The position numbers were made by a program, and so were the translations under genes. A stretch of 64,000 bases of DNA from Deltaproteobacteria bacterium (GTDB taxonomy: Bacteria; Desulfobacterota; Desulfobacteria; Desulfobacterales; SpSt-501), in the NCBI GenBank assembly GCA_016219005.1, contig JACRCN010000044.1, positions 739 to 64,738 on the forward strand, written 5' to 3'. Of this stretch, positions 29,639 through 38,783 are shown piece by piece. Each line of letters opens with the position of its first letter. Position 1 is the stretch's first letter. A model generated the notes under the pieces. It was given only the letters and a program-made list of their open reading frames with translations, had not been told where the DNA came from and did no database searches.

Positions 29639-30619
29639 TCAGACGTGACCTCCATTTCGATCCAGCAGTGCCGCGATTTCAACCGCCCGGTTGCCCTTGA
29701 TCGCGCCGGGATACGCCAGGTATTTGGGCACGTGGTCGACCGCGACGACGATTTGGTCGTCCGGGCCGCTGCGCAGCGAAATCACGTCGTCGACCTGCAG
29801 ATTCAGGATGTCTCCAATGGTCTGGCGGGTCCGGCCTAGCTCGGCGATCAGCGTCACCGGCGTGTCCATCAGCAGTTGCTGGAGCTGCTGGCTCCAGGTG
29901 TTCTCAATGTCCTTCTCCCGCAGGTACTTCGAGGAGAGCTTCTCCTTGACCGGCTCCAGCATCAGGTAGGACAGGCAGAAATGCACGTTGCCGCTGAACT
30001 CCTTACCCTTCAGTGTGAACACGATCACCACCATCATTTCGTGGGGCGACACCAGGTGCACGTACTCCGGCTTGGACTCGGTCTTCTTCACGTTGATCTT
30101 AACCGGCTGCACGATTGCCCAGGCCTTCTGCAGTTGGCTGAGCATCTCCATCGCCAGCTTGGTGATCATGCGCTGCTCGAGCAGCGTGAACTCCCGGATG
30201 CGGCTGACCGGCTTGCCCTTGCCCCCGAACATGCAGTCGATCAGCGAAAACACCAGTCCCGGCTCGATGGCCAGCAGGGCGGAGCCGATGAGCGGTTCCA
30301 TCGTGAAAATGTTGAAGCTCGTGGGGCTGGCGAAAGCGTTGATGCACTCCTGGTACTTGACCATCTCACTGGAGGCGAATTCCACTTCGATCACGCGCTG
30401 CAGCAGCGAGGAGAGCGAGCCGTTCAGCAAGGCGGCGAACTTGTCGTAGACCTCCTCCAGGGCGCTGAACTGGTCCCGGAGCATAATGTTCTGGGAGGTG
30501 AGGTTGTAAGGCACGGCCTCCGCCGCAGCCCCTTTGTTCTGCTCGAGGTCGACGTCCCCCCGGTCCATGGCGGACAGCAGGGCGTCGATTTCCTCCTGGC
30601 TGAGAATTTGGTCGGGCAT
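29639..30619 (-). CDS. fliM: Flagellar motor switch protein
   Basis: MPDQILSQEEIDALLSA (CheY-P binding LSQxEIDALL motif), followed by the FliM middle and SpoA-like C-terminal domains. Confidence 0.95.
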   Translation of the reverse strand: MPDQILSQEEIDALLSAMDRGDVDLEQNKGAAAEAVPYNLTSQNIMLRDQFSALEEVYDKFAALLNGSLSSLLQRVIEVEFASSEMVKYQECINAFASPTSFNIFTMEPLIGSALLAIEPGLVFSLIDCMFGGKGKPVSRIREFTLLEQRMITKLAMEMLSQLQKAWAIVQPVKINVKKTESKPEYVHLVSPHEMMVVIVFTLKGKEFSGNVHFCLSYLMLEPVKEKLSSKYLREKDIENTWSQQLQQLLMDTPVTLIAELGRTRQTIGDILNLQVDDVISLRSGPDDQIVVAVDHVPKYLAYPGAIKGNRAVEIAALLDRNGGHV

Positions 30620-30631
30620 GCGGACTCCTGG

Positions 30632-31126
30632 CTACTGGATGACGAATTCTTTGAAGTAAATCCGGGATATCTGACTCGATGCCAGCAAGCTGTTCACCCC
30701 GTTTAGAATTTCCTCCCGCAGGGAGGTCTTGCCCTCCGTGGTGCTGATGTCGACATACCGCTTGGTGGACAGGATCATCAAAGTCGCATCCCGAATCTGG
30801 GGCATACGCCTGGCGAGTTCCTCGCCTGCTGTCTTGGCGGCCGACTTGTCGGCCGGCTTGCCGGCCAGCTCGAAGTCCATGGTGACCCGCAGATAGCGGT
30901 TCCCGCCGGGGTCGGCCAGGTTCACAATGAAAGTGTCCACGGAGACGACGGCTCCGATGTCTTCGGGCTTGGCCTTGTCGGGATTGGCCTCGGCCTCCGT
31001 CTCGGGCACGGCTGCCTTGGGACTCGCGGCCGGCAGCTTGGTCCAGATCATAAACATCCCGCCGCCCATGCCGAGCACCAGCACCAGCACCAGCCCTATG
31101 AGGATCAGCAGCATTTTGTTGGACAT
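30632..31126 (-). CDS. fliL: Flagellar basal-body-associated protein
   Basis: 164 aa with an N-terminal TM. Motifs VSVDTFIVNLADPGGNRYLRVTMDFEL and ISRIYFKEFVIQ. Confidence 0.9.
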   Translation of the reverse strand: MSNKMLLILIGLVLVLVLGMGGGMFMIWTKLPAASPKAAVPETEAEANPDKAKPEDIGAVVSVDTFIVNLADPGGNRYLRVTMDFELAGKPADKSAAKTAGEELARRMPQIRDATLMILSTKRYVDISTTEGKTSLREEILNGVNSLLASSQISRIYFKEFVIQ

Positions 31127-31236
31127 GGTCGCAACGGCCCTCCGCTATGCTCAGGTTTCGATTGGCAGGGTTTGCCCGCAGCGTACCGCGCCGCGAGCCA
31201 CCCGGATGCGCCGGGATTGAACCCGTTTTTAATAAA

Positions 31237-31251
31237 GCAAGGAGCATGCCA
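31237..31251 (-). promoter_or_regulatory. Sigma-54 promoter-like site upstream of fliL
   Basis: The minus strand reads TGGCAT-GCTCC-TTGCT, ~110 nt upstream of fliL. Confidence 0.55.
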
Positions 31252-31495
31252 TTGGAAGGAGCGTGGAAGGCGGAACAAGCGGGGCCGCACGTCGGGGGAC
31301 GGACAGATCGACGGACAGGCACCCCCCGCGGACGCGCACGCGCCCTGTCAGGCGGCCGATCTGAAATCAGTGCGGAAATGCCGGGCGGATTGGCGTTGCG
31401 GAAGCGGGCGCGGCGTCAGGTTTGACCTCCACCGGTCAAGGCTTTGACATCCCTCGGCCTCCGGAGGGAACATATCTGAATTTTCCAGGCGTCTC

Positions 31496-31714
31496 TCAGG
31501 CCGCCGCAAATACCGGCTCGGCGCACTCCCCCGGAGCCTGAAGAACGCGGCGGTACTGCACGATCCGCTGGGTCACCTCCTCCACCGCCTCTTTGACCAG
31601 CAGGCGGTCGCGGTTGATGAAGGTGATGACCGTATCGGGGTTGGCTTCGACCGACTGGATGTTCTCGGCATTGATCAGGAGAACCGAATTGTTAAATCGC
31701 GTCACTTTGATCAT
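31496..31714 (-). CDS. flbD: Flagellar protein FlbD
   Basis: MIKVTRFNNSVLLINAENIQSVEANPDTVITFINRDRLLVKEAVEEV is the typical FlbD sequence. Confidence 0.9.
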   Translation of the reverse strand: MIKVTRFNNSVLLINAENIQSVEANPDTVITFINRDRLLVKEAVEEVTQRIVQYRRVLQAPGECAEPVFAAA

Positions 31715-31857
31715 GGGTTATCCCCGTCGTTGAGTCTGCTGGGTCAATTGAGCCGTGGACGCCTCAGTCCGGTTGCCGGCTGACAGATCATTTCCGCCCG
31801 CAGATGATCTGTCAGCGATCCTGACCCGATACGCTATCGGCTACGGGCGTTGCCTTT

Positions 31858-33096
31858 CTACCGCTTGATGTTGATCAGCTCCTGCAGGATTTCATCGCTG
31901 GTGGTGATCACGCGCGAGTTGGCCTGGAAGGCGCGCTGGGTGGTGATCATCTTGACGAATTCCTCCGCCAGATCGACGTTGGACATCTCCAGGCTTTGCG
32001 GGGAGATGTTCCCGAGCCGACCGGTCCCTGCGGTGCCCGGCAGGGCTTGGCCCGAAGCCAGCGACTGCGCGTAGAGGTTGTTGCCCATCTTGGTCAGGCC
32101 GTCGTAGCTCGGGAAATCCGCCAGCGCGATCTGGTACACGGGGGTCATCTCTCCGTTCGAGTAGCTGGCGGTGATAACCCCCTGCTCGTCCACCGAGATG
32201 CCCCGCAGCGTGCCGGCCGGGAACCCGTCCTGGTACTGGAACGTCGTGCCGGAGTCGGCGGCAAATCCTGTCACGTCCCCGTGGCTGACCGCGGGGGTGG
32301 AGGCGTCGAAGAAGTCCCATGTGAGATTGAGCGGGGTGGTTGCCCCGTTCGTCAGGGTGACGGCGACGGTCACGTCGGCGGCGGGTGCGGTCATCACCCC
32401 GCTCGAATTGAAGGTGATGGGCATGGTGGCGTTGCCGCCGATGGTCACGCCGCTGCCGGCGGTGGCCGGAACCGTGCCGGCCACCGACCACGCGCCGTTT
32501 CCGGTATTCGTGAACGTGAACGTCACGGGCACGGCATTGCCCAGCGAGTCGTAGACGGTCTGGGCGGTCGAGTAGGTGTCGTTGACGGCGGCGCCGGCGT
32601 CCAGGTTGATGTCGAAGTTGAACTCGGTCGTGGCCGAGGGCGGGGAGGTCCGCTCGCCCGGGATGTACACGGACGTGATGGCGCCGATGTTGCCATCGGC
32701 ATCGATCTGATAACCCTGCAGCTGCATCCCGTCCGGGTTCACGAGGTAGCCGTTCTTGTCGAAGGTGAAGCTGCCGGCGCGGGTGTAGAAGTTCGCGCCG
32801 CTGGCGTCCTGGACCATGAAGAACCCCTTGCCGTTGATGGCGAGATCCGTGGGGCTGGAGGAGTTTTCCATGGACCCCTGGGTCCACAGGGCGTTGGTGC
32901 CCCAGAACTCGACTCCCCGGCCGACATTGCCCGTGGCGGACTCGCCGCCGAGAGACGTGCTCAGGATGTTGGCGAAGTGGGAACGGTTGCCCTTGAAGGC
33001 TGTCGTACCCACGTTGGCGATGTTGTCGCCGATGACCGTCATGGCGGTCGCATTCGCGCTGAGCCCTGAAATTCCAGCATACAATGATGCAATCAT
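31858..33096 (-). CDS. flgE: Flagellar hook protein
   Basis: MIASLYAGISGLSANATAMTVIGDNIANVGTTAFKGNR...LEMSNVDLAEEFVKMITTQRAFQANSRVITTSDE. Confidence 0.95.
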   Translation of the reverse strand: MIASLYAGISGLSANATAMTVIGDNIANVGTTAFKGNRSHFANILSTSLGGESATGNVGRGVEFWGTNALWTQGSMENSSSPTDLAINGKGFFMVQDASGANFYTRAGSFTFDKNGYLVNPDGMQLQGYQIDADGNIGAITSVYIPGERTSPPSATTEFNFDINLDAGAAVNDTYSTAQTVYDSLGNAVPVTFTFTNTGNGAWSVAGTVPATAGSGVTIGGNATMPITFNSSGVMTAPAADVTVAVTLTNGATTPLNLTWDFFDASTPAVSHGDVTGFAADSGTTFQYQDGFPAGTLRGISVDEQGVITASYSNGEMTPVYQIALADFPSYDGLTKMGNNLYAQSLASGQALPGTAGTGRLGNISPQSLEMSNVDLAEEFVKMITTQRAFQANSRVITTSDEILQELINIKR

Positions 33097-33141
33097 GTCG
33101 TAATCCCTCCGTTTATTTTCGGCGGTGAATATGCCTTATAG

Positions 33142-33819
33142 TTAAGTGGCCGACGCGGCAGCCTGGGTGACCTGGGTCACATTGCCGATCGCCGTCTTGT
33201 TCTTGCCCGTGATCAGGTAGGTGATGCCGTCCTCGAAAGTGACGCCCGTCACCGTGCCCTTGGAAAAGGTCGTTACATCGAGCTTAGCATTCTTCTGGTC
33301 CACGGCCTGGACCTCGAACGTGTAGGTCCCGTCGGCAACCGTGTTGCCGTTGCGGTCCTTGCCGTCCCAGGTGAGGCTCTGTTTGCCCGCGGCGACCGCT
33401 GTTGTCTCATAATCCCGGACGAAGTTGCCCGTGGCGTCGTAGATCGTAACCACCACGCTCTTGGCCGCGGCAGGCAGCTCGTAATCACAGCTGACCGGCT
33501 GCCCGTTCGCCATCTCGATCGAATTACCGTTGGCGACGATGTCCTTGCCGATGAAGCCGACCGCCTGGGCGTTGTTGATGGAGGCCTGGTAGAGATTGAG
33601 CGTGCTGAGCGTCTCGTTGATGTTGCTCAACTGCTCGAGCGAACTGAACTGCGCCAGCTGGGCTGTGAATTCGGTGCTGTCGGTCGGGTTGAGCGGGTCC
33701 TGGTTCTGAAGCTGGGTGGTCAGCAGCTTCAGAAAGGCATCTTTATCCAGACTACTGGACGCCTTGGTGGTGCTCGCGCTCCCGCTGTCGGACACCGATG
33801 AAACTGCGCTTACTGTCAT
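33142..33819 (-). CDS. flgD: Flagellar hook capping/assembly protein
   Basis: LDKDAFLKLLTTQLQNQDPLNPTDSTEFTAQLAQFSSLEQ, plus a FlgD Ig-like C-terminus. Confidence 0.95.
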   Translation of the reverse strand: MTVSAVSSVSDSGSASTTKASSSLDKDAFLKLLTTQLQNQDPLNPTDSTEFTAQLAQFSSLEQLSNINETLSTLNLYQASINNAQAVGFIGKDIVANGNSIEMANGQPVSCDYELPAAAKSVVVTIYDATGNFVRDYETTAVAAGKQSLTWDGKDRNGNTVADGTYTFEVQAVDQKNAKLDVTTFSKGTVTGVTFEDGITYLITGKNKTAIGNVTQVTQAAASAT

Positions 33820-33889
33820 GGTCGTCTCCTCTCCTCGAAGGTCGGGCCGCGGGCCGTTTCACGGCGATGGCGGCCGACCCGGTTCACAG

Positions 33890-35857
33890 TCACGCGAACA
33901 TGTTGATGGTCGTCTGTCCGCCCAGGCCCCACCGGTAAGCGGCCTCCGGGCGGAGCCCTGCGCTGGTTTCGGAATCAGCAGGTGCAACGTCGCTGCCCGC
34001 ATGGCCCTTCCGGCCCGCGCCGGTCCGCGCCTGACGCCCCGGGTGCTGGCGGGGGTCGTCCGCAACCGCCACTTCGACCCGTTCCACCTGCATGCCCTGC
34101 TGCTGCAGGTCCGACTTGAGCTGGTGGATATTGCTTTCGATCATGTCCCGGACCGTCGGAAGCTCGGTCAGGATGCGCACGGTGACCTGCTGGTTGTCGG
34201 TCACGATCTGCAGGCGCACATGCCCGAGAAATTCCGGTTTGAGGTCGATCCGTATCTCGCCCTGATCGTTCTTCACGTGCGCGGCGGCGCGCTGCACGAT
34301 CTGGTCGAACACATCCGTCTTGACCGGTGCGGCCGCGGTGTCCCGGCCCTTGGCCGCCGCCGCGGCATCAGCGGGCTTGTCCGGGCTGCCGTCCGGCATC
34401 GCGAAGCTGCGTACGTCGCGCAGGGCCGCTTCGAAACGCAGGCTGGGCGAGGCGCCTTCCTCAGCGACGTTATCCGCCGTGGAAAGCGCCAGACCGCTCG
34501 TGGCTTTCTCGGCCGGCGACCGGGAGTCGTCCGAGACTTCCGATTGCGTATCCTCCACCTCGAAATTCCTTGGAAGCACGAAGCTGCCGTCCGGAGCCTG
34601 CGCCTTTGAAGAGACGGCTGTGCTTCGGAGGGTCTCCGCCGGTGGGGAAGCCGCGGGCGGCGCTGCGGGCATCATCCGCCCCGCGCCGGGGCCACGTTCA
34701 TCGGCAACGGGCCGGCCCCGATCTGAAAATTCATCGGCACGCGCCGCGGCATCGGCTTTGCCCACAGCGGCCTGGCTGCCCTTGGCGTCGAGCAGCACTT
34801 CGCTCGCTGCGCGGCCGGCACCGACGGGCAGGCCGTCATGCCGAGACCCGACGGCAGAAATCGGCCCCGCGCCGGACAAGCTGGCCGTTTCAAGCGGGAC
34901 TTTTTCCGCACCCCCGTCCGCGCTTGCCAACGCGGCGGCCCATCGGTCCCAGGCAATGGCGGGCAGAGCCTCCTGGATGTTTTCGAGCAATACAAGGAGC
35001 CGGCCAGGAAGGCCCGCCGGCTGGCTCTCGTTCGCACCCGCCTGCCATTGTTCCAACATCTGCCGCAAGCGGTCCAACTGGACGGCACTCTCAGCCGTGA
35101 GCGCTGCCGGGTTTTCCTGAAGCTGCTTCAGAAGATCTACGAGCGCGGCAAGATCCTCGGCGGCATCGCCCGCCTCGGTATCTGAGGCAATGGCATCGCC
35201 CTGATCCTCGACCGCGGCGGCGTTCGAGTCCGCAGCGGCGGCCAGGTTCTGAAGGATCTGCGCCAGCAGCACCCACACAGGTTGGCTTTCGGCATCGTTC
35301 GCCGGGCTGCCATGGGTCGCCTGGGTGTCGCTGTCATCGGCAGCACGGCTGCGGTCGGTCTCGTTCACGGCCCCTTCGCCATACGCCGGCGCGGAGTTGG
35401 CCGGCGCCTCGTCCTTTGCAGCGGCGGCAGCACGGCTGCGGTCGGTTTCTTTCTCGGCCTCTTCGCCATGCGCCGGCGTGCAGCTGGCCGGCGCCTCGTC
35501 CTTTGCAGCGGCGGCAGCACGGCTGCGGTCGGTCTCGTTCACGGCCCCTTCGCCATGCGCCGGCGCGGAGCTGGCCGGCGCCTCGTCCTTTGCAGCGGCG
35601 GCAGCACGGCTGCGGTCGGTCTCGTTCACGGCCTCTTTGCCACGCGCCGGCGCGGAGTTGGCCGGCATCTTGTCCTTTGCAGCGGCGGCATTGCGCAGCA
35701 TATCATGAAACGATCCCGGCCCCGTGGCCGCCGGCCGACGGAAGCCGCCGTTTGCGCCCGCGCGCAACATGCAGGCCGGAGTCGCGCCGCCTTTTGGGCC
35801 GGGGCCGGGGGTGTTGAGGCTCGTGCCTGGATCAAATCCGATATTAACTGGCAGCAT
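33890..35857 (-). CDS. fliK: Flagellar hook-length control protein
   Basis: 655 aa, A/P/E-rich and disordered. The C-terminal FliK domain shows GEIRIDLKPEFLGHVRLQIVTDNQQVTVRILTELPTVRDMIESNIHQLKSDLQQQGM. Located upstream of flgD. Confidence 0.8.
   Translation of the reverse strand: MLPVNIGFDPGTSLNTPGPGPKGGATPACMLRAGANGGFRRPAATGPGSFHDMLRNAAAAKDKMPANSAPARGKEAVNETDRSRAAAAAKDEAPASSAPAHGEGAVNETDRSRAAAAAKDEAPASCTPAHGEEAEKETDRSRAAAAAKDEAPANSAPAYGEGAVNETDRSRAADDSDTQATHGSPANDAESQPVWVLLAQILQNLAAAADSNAAAVEDQGDAIASDTEAGDAAEDLAALVDLLKQLQENPAALTAESAVQLDRLRQMLEQWQAGANESQPAGLPGRLLVLLENIQEALPAIAWDRWAAALASADGGAEKVPLETASLSGAGPISAVGSRHDGLPVGAGRAASEVLLDAKGSQAAVGKADAAARADEFSDRGRPVADERGPGAGRMMPAAPPAASPPAETLRSTAVSSKAQAPDGSFVLPRNFEVEDTQSEVSDDSRSPAEKATSGLALSTADNVAEEGASPSLRFEAALRDVRSFAMPDGSPDKPADAAAAAKGRDTAAAPVKTDVFDQIVQRAAAHVKNDQGEIRIDLKPEFLGHVRLQIVTDNQQVTVRILTELPTVRDMIESNIHQLKSDLQQQGMQVERVEVAVADDPRQHPGRQARTGAGRKGHAGSDVAPADSETSAGLRPEAAYRWGLGGQTTINMFA
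35340..35687 (-). repeat. 4 x 87-bp perfect-phase tandem repeat inside fliK
   Basis: Units start at 35340, 35427, 35514 and 35601 (gcagcacggctgcggtcgg...). They encode four 29-aa copies of DRSRAAAAAKDEAPA(S/N)SAPAHGEGAVNET. Confidence 0.9.
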
Positions 35858-35924
35858 TGGGTCTCTTCTTTCTTCCTCGGCATCGAATGGCGTGTCGCGT
35901 TCCGTTCCGCTTCAGGCCGCACAT

Positions 35925-35940
35925 TGCAGAGAGCATGCCA
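35925..35940 (-). promoter_or_regulatory. Sigma-54 promoter-like site upstream of fliK
   Basis: The minus strand reads TGGCAT-GCTCT-CTGCAA, ~70-85 nt upstream of fliK. Confidence 0.55.
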
Positions 35941-36165
35941 GCTTTCGGCACGCCGATGTCGCAGGCCGGAATTTGCACCCGTGCGCTTGCCAGCCCCCGC
36001 CAGCAGGGGCTTTCGGCAGGCCGCCCGCAGTTCAATGCACGCGGCGGCCGGACGGCAAGCTATTTCATGGCCGCGCTACCGGCCCAGGCTCCCGGCAAGT
36101 TTTTCCCGTGATGGTAAAATTTTCCGTGGCCAAGGAAACGCACGGCGGGTCCGCCGCGGCCGGGG

Positions 36166-36600
36166 TCAGGGCCGGGCGTGCTGTTGGGCGGCAGATTCGT
36201 CGGTGAACCGCTGCTCGCGGCCGGCTTCAGCCTTGAGGTACGACTGGATCTGCTTTTCCTTCAGCTTGTCGAGGATCTTGCGCTTTTTCACGGCCTCAAG
36301 CAGGGCCTGCCGCTTCTGCTCCACTTTGCGCTCGACCGCCGCGACACGCTTCATGTGCAGTTCGATGTCCAGCTTCAGACGTTCCAGGTAGGGGTAGTAC
36401 AGCAGCATGTCGTCGGCGCGGAAGCGGTCCCGCTGCTTCCGGTGCATGTCCCGCATGCACTGGCGGTGCGTGCTTTTGGCCTCCCGCAGAACAGTCTGGG
36501 CCGCGGCGAGTTCCTGGCGGGCGTCGGCCAGCGCTTTCTGACAACGCTCTTCGACGTGGCGGCGCTGAGTGAGGACGGTCTCGAGGCGGAAACGGAACAT
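36166..36600 (-). CDS. fliJ: Flagellar export chaperone/stalk protein
   Basis: 144-aa coiled coil: MFRFRLETVLTQRRHVEERCQKALADARQEL...YYPYLERLKLDIE. Located after fliI. Confidence 0.8.
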   Translation of the reverse strand: MFRFRLETVLTQRRHVEERCQKALADARQELAAAQTVLREAKSTHRQCMRDMHRKQRDRFRADDMLLYYPYLERLKLDIELHMKRVAAVERKVEQKRQALLEAVKKRKILDKLKEKQIQSYLKAEAGREQRFTDESAAQQHARP

Positions 36601-36648
36601 AGGGCCTTATCGGGTGAGCCTAAATGGCGCTATAGTGCTTAACATCGC

Positions 36649-36729
36649 AGGTAGGTGGACGGAAGACTGGAGGCTGAAGGCCAATACTGACCGCGCACGC
36701 CTCGCTCCTTCAGTCTATCCACCTTACCT
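36649..36729. repeat. Palindromic intergenic repeat, copy B (between fliI and fliJ)
   Basis: AGGTAGGTGGACGGAAGACTGGAGGCTGAAGG ... CCTTCAGTCTATCCACCTTACCT. The 3' arm touches the fliI stop codon. Confidence 0.75.
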
Positions 36730-38047
36730 AATCGAACAGCGCCTGCAGCTGCGCTCCGCTCTCGGCAAACGACACCCGCTCAGCGACGTCCTGTCTCAGG
36801 AAGCCGTTGATTCGGTCGATCATTTTGATCGCGTGGTCGATGCGCGGACTGCTGCCGGCCACATAGGCGCCGATGTTGATCAGGTCCTCCGCCTTGCGGT
36901 AGGTCGCCAGGGCCTCTTTCAGGCGCCCGGCGTTCTGCTTATGGCCCGGGTCCACGACGTCGTCCATGACGCGGCTGATGCTGGCGAGAACGTCGATCGC
37001 GGGATAGTGATTCTGCATCGCCAGCTCGCGGGTCAGGTTGATGTGCCCGTCCAGGATCGAGCGCGCCGCGTCGGCGATGGGCTCGTTGGTGTCATCGCCT
37101 TCCACCAGCACGGTGTAGAGTCCGGTGATGGAGCCGCGGCCGGCGCCGGTGCCGGCGCGCTCAAGGAGCTTCGGCAGCAGGGTAAACACCGAGGGCGTGT
37201 AGCCTTTCGTGGTCGGCGGTTCGCCGAGAGCCAGACCGATCTCGCGCTGGGCCATGGCGAAGCGGGTCACCGAGTCCATCATCAGGTTCACCCGGCGGCC
37301 CTGGTCCCGGAAGTACTCGGCGATGGCGGTGGCCACAAACGCCCCGCGGGTGCGGATCAACGGCAGCCGGTCGGAGGTGGCGACCACCACCACGGACCGG
37401 GCGAGCCCTTCCGGGCCCAAGTCCTTTTCGATAAAATCATTGACCTCGCGCCCCCGTTCGCCGATGAGAGCGATCACGTTGACGTCGGCGGCGGTGTTGC
37501 GGGCAATCATGCCGAGCAGGACGCTTTTGCCCACCCCGGAGCCGGCAAACACGCCGATGCGCTGACCGCACCCCACCGTGAGCAGGCCGTTGATGGCCCG
37601 TACCCCGAGATCCAAAGGTTCGTGGATCCGCCGGCGCTGCAGCGGGTTGATGGCGGGGCCATATAGGGGATATTCCTCGGTGGCGGCGAGCGGCCCCTGA
37701 TCGTCGATAGGATCCCCCAGTCCGTCGATCACGCGGCCGAGCAAGGCGCGGCCGACCCGCACCGTGGCCTTCTGCTGCCGGGCGATCACCCGGCAGCCGG
37801 GGGCAATGCCCCGGATCTCTTCGAGCGGCATCAGCAGCACGCGCTGGTCGCGGAAGCCCAGAGCTTCGGTCGCCAGCCGGCGGCTGCCCTCCCGGGTAAC
37901 GATATCGCACACCGCGCCCAGCCGGCAGGCGGGGCCGCATGACTCAACCACCAGGCCGACCACCTGCGTCACGTTCCCCTGCGCCTGGATCGGCTGCAGC
38001 GACTCCAGACAGAGGTGGTATTTGGCGAGGTCCAGCGCCACGCTCAT
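36728..38047 (-). CDS. fliI: Flagellum-specific ATPase
   Basis: Walker A is GVFAGSGVGKSVLLGMI. Walker B is RVNLMMDSVTRFA. Also ITGLYTVLVEGDD. Confidence 0.97.
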   Translation of the reverse strand: MSVALDLAKYHLCLESLQPIQAQGNVTQVVGLVVESCGPACRLGAVCDIVTREGSRRLATEALGFRDQRVLLMPLEEIRGIAPGCRVIARQQKATVRVGRALLGRVIDGLGDPIDDQGPLAATEEYPLYGPAINPLQRRRIHEPLDLGVRAINGLLTVGCGQRIGVFAGSGVGKSVLLGMIARNTAADVNVIALIGERGREVNDFIEKDLGPEGLARSVVVVATSDRLPLIRTRGAFVATAIAEYFRDQGRRVNLMMDSVTRFAMAQREIGLALGEPPTTKGYTPSVFTLLPKLLERAGTGAGRGSITGLYTVLVEGDDTNEPIADAARSILDGHINLTRELAMQNHYPAIDVLASISRVMDDVVDPGHKQNAGRLKEALATYRKAEDLINIGAYVAGSSPRIDHAIKMIDRINGFLRQDVAERVSFAESGAQLQALFD

Positions 38048-38751
38048 ATGGACTGCTCCCGGCGAGCCGTTTGCCGGTCGAGTTCGGCCCGAAAGGCCTC
38101 TTCCACCACCTGAAACTGGCGCTCGATGCGTGCGTCAACCTCGCCGCCGTCCGTCGCGATCAGACAACCACCTCGGGCGATGCCCTCATCGGCTTCGAAA
38201 GCGACCCGGCCCGTCTCCGGCAGGCCGCTCAGCAACTGCGGTTTAATGTCCGCCAGCAGTTCCAGATCGGCGGGGTTGAGCTTGATGGTGATTCGTCCTG
38301 CATGCTCCACCCGGCCCAACGCCTGCCGGATGATCCGGGTAACGGCATCCGGGCCGAGGCTGATTTCGCTGCCGACGATCTTGCGCGCTACGGCCAACGC
38401 CAACTGAACCAGGTCGGCTTCCACGTCCCGGCAGGCCTGGCGGTGCAGGTCCCCGAGCTCGCTTAAGAGTTTGCGGCCGCCCGTCAAAAGCGAGTCCAGT
38501 TTTTGCATGGCGGACTCAAGGCCGGCCTGCACGCCCATCTCGTAACCTTTGCGCTCACCGTCGGTAAAGCCCCGGCAGTAGGCCTGCTGCTCGGCATCCT
38601 GCACGGGAAGGGCTGTTCTTGAGTCACCGCAGGAACCGGGCAGCGATCCGAGGCCGGCCCTTCGGAAATCGGGTTTGGGATTGGCCGCCGCCAAAGCCCG
38701 ATCCGATTTTTTTCGCAACAGGTCCGGGAACAGATAACATGTGGAATCCAC
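38044..38751 (-). CDS. fliH: Flagellar assembly protein (FliI regulator)
   Basis: 235 aa between fliG and fliI. The C-terminus GGCLIATDGGEVDARIERQFQ is typical. GTG start with TGGAGA upstream; ATGA overlap with fliI. Confidence 0.8.
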   Translation of the reverse strand: MDSTCYLFPDLLRKKSDRALAAANPKPDFRRAGLGSLPGSCGDSRTALPVQDAEQQAYCRGFTDGERKGYEMGVQAGLESAMQKLDSLLTGGRKLLSELGDLHRQACRDVEADLVQLALAVARKIVGSEISLGPDAVTRIIRQALGRVEHAGRITIKLNPADLELLADIKPQLLSGLPETGRVAFEADEGIARGGCLIATDGGEVDARIERQFQVVEEAFRAELDRQTARREQSI

Positions 38752-38783
38752 TGAGTTGAATCTCCAATCGGGGGCGGGCGCCG

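Noticed and set aside
31843-31870. Minus-strand TAGA-N16-CCGATAG overlapping the flgE stop, as a possible sigma-28 promoter for flbD.
   Set aside because: The -35 match is poor and the spacing differs from the other two sites. It lies within coding sequence, and flbD is plausibly co-transcribed with flgE.
35340-35687. Regular 87-bp direct repeats as a possible CRISPR array.
   Set aside because: The repeats are contiguous with no spacers. They are in frame within fliK and encode a repeated peptide. No cas genes are present in the window.
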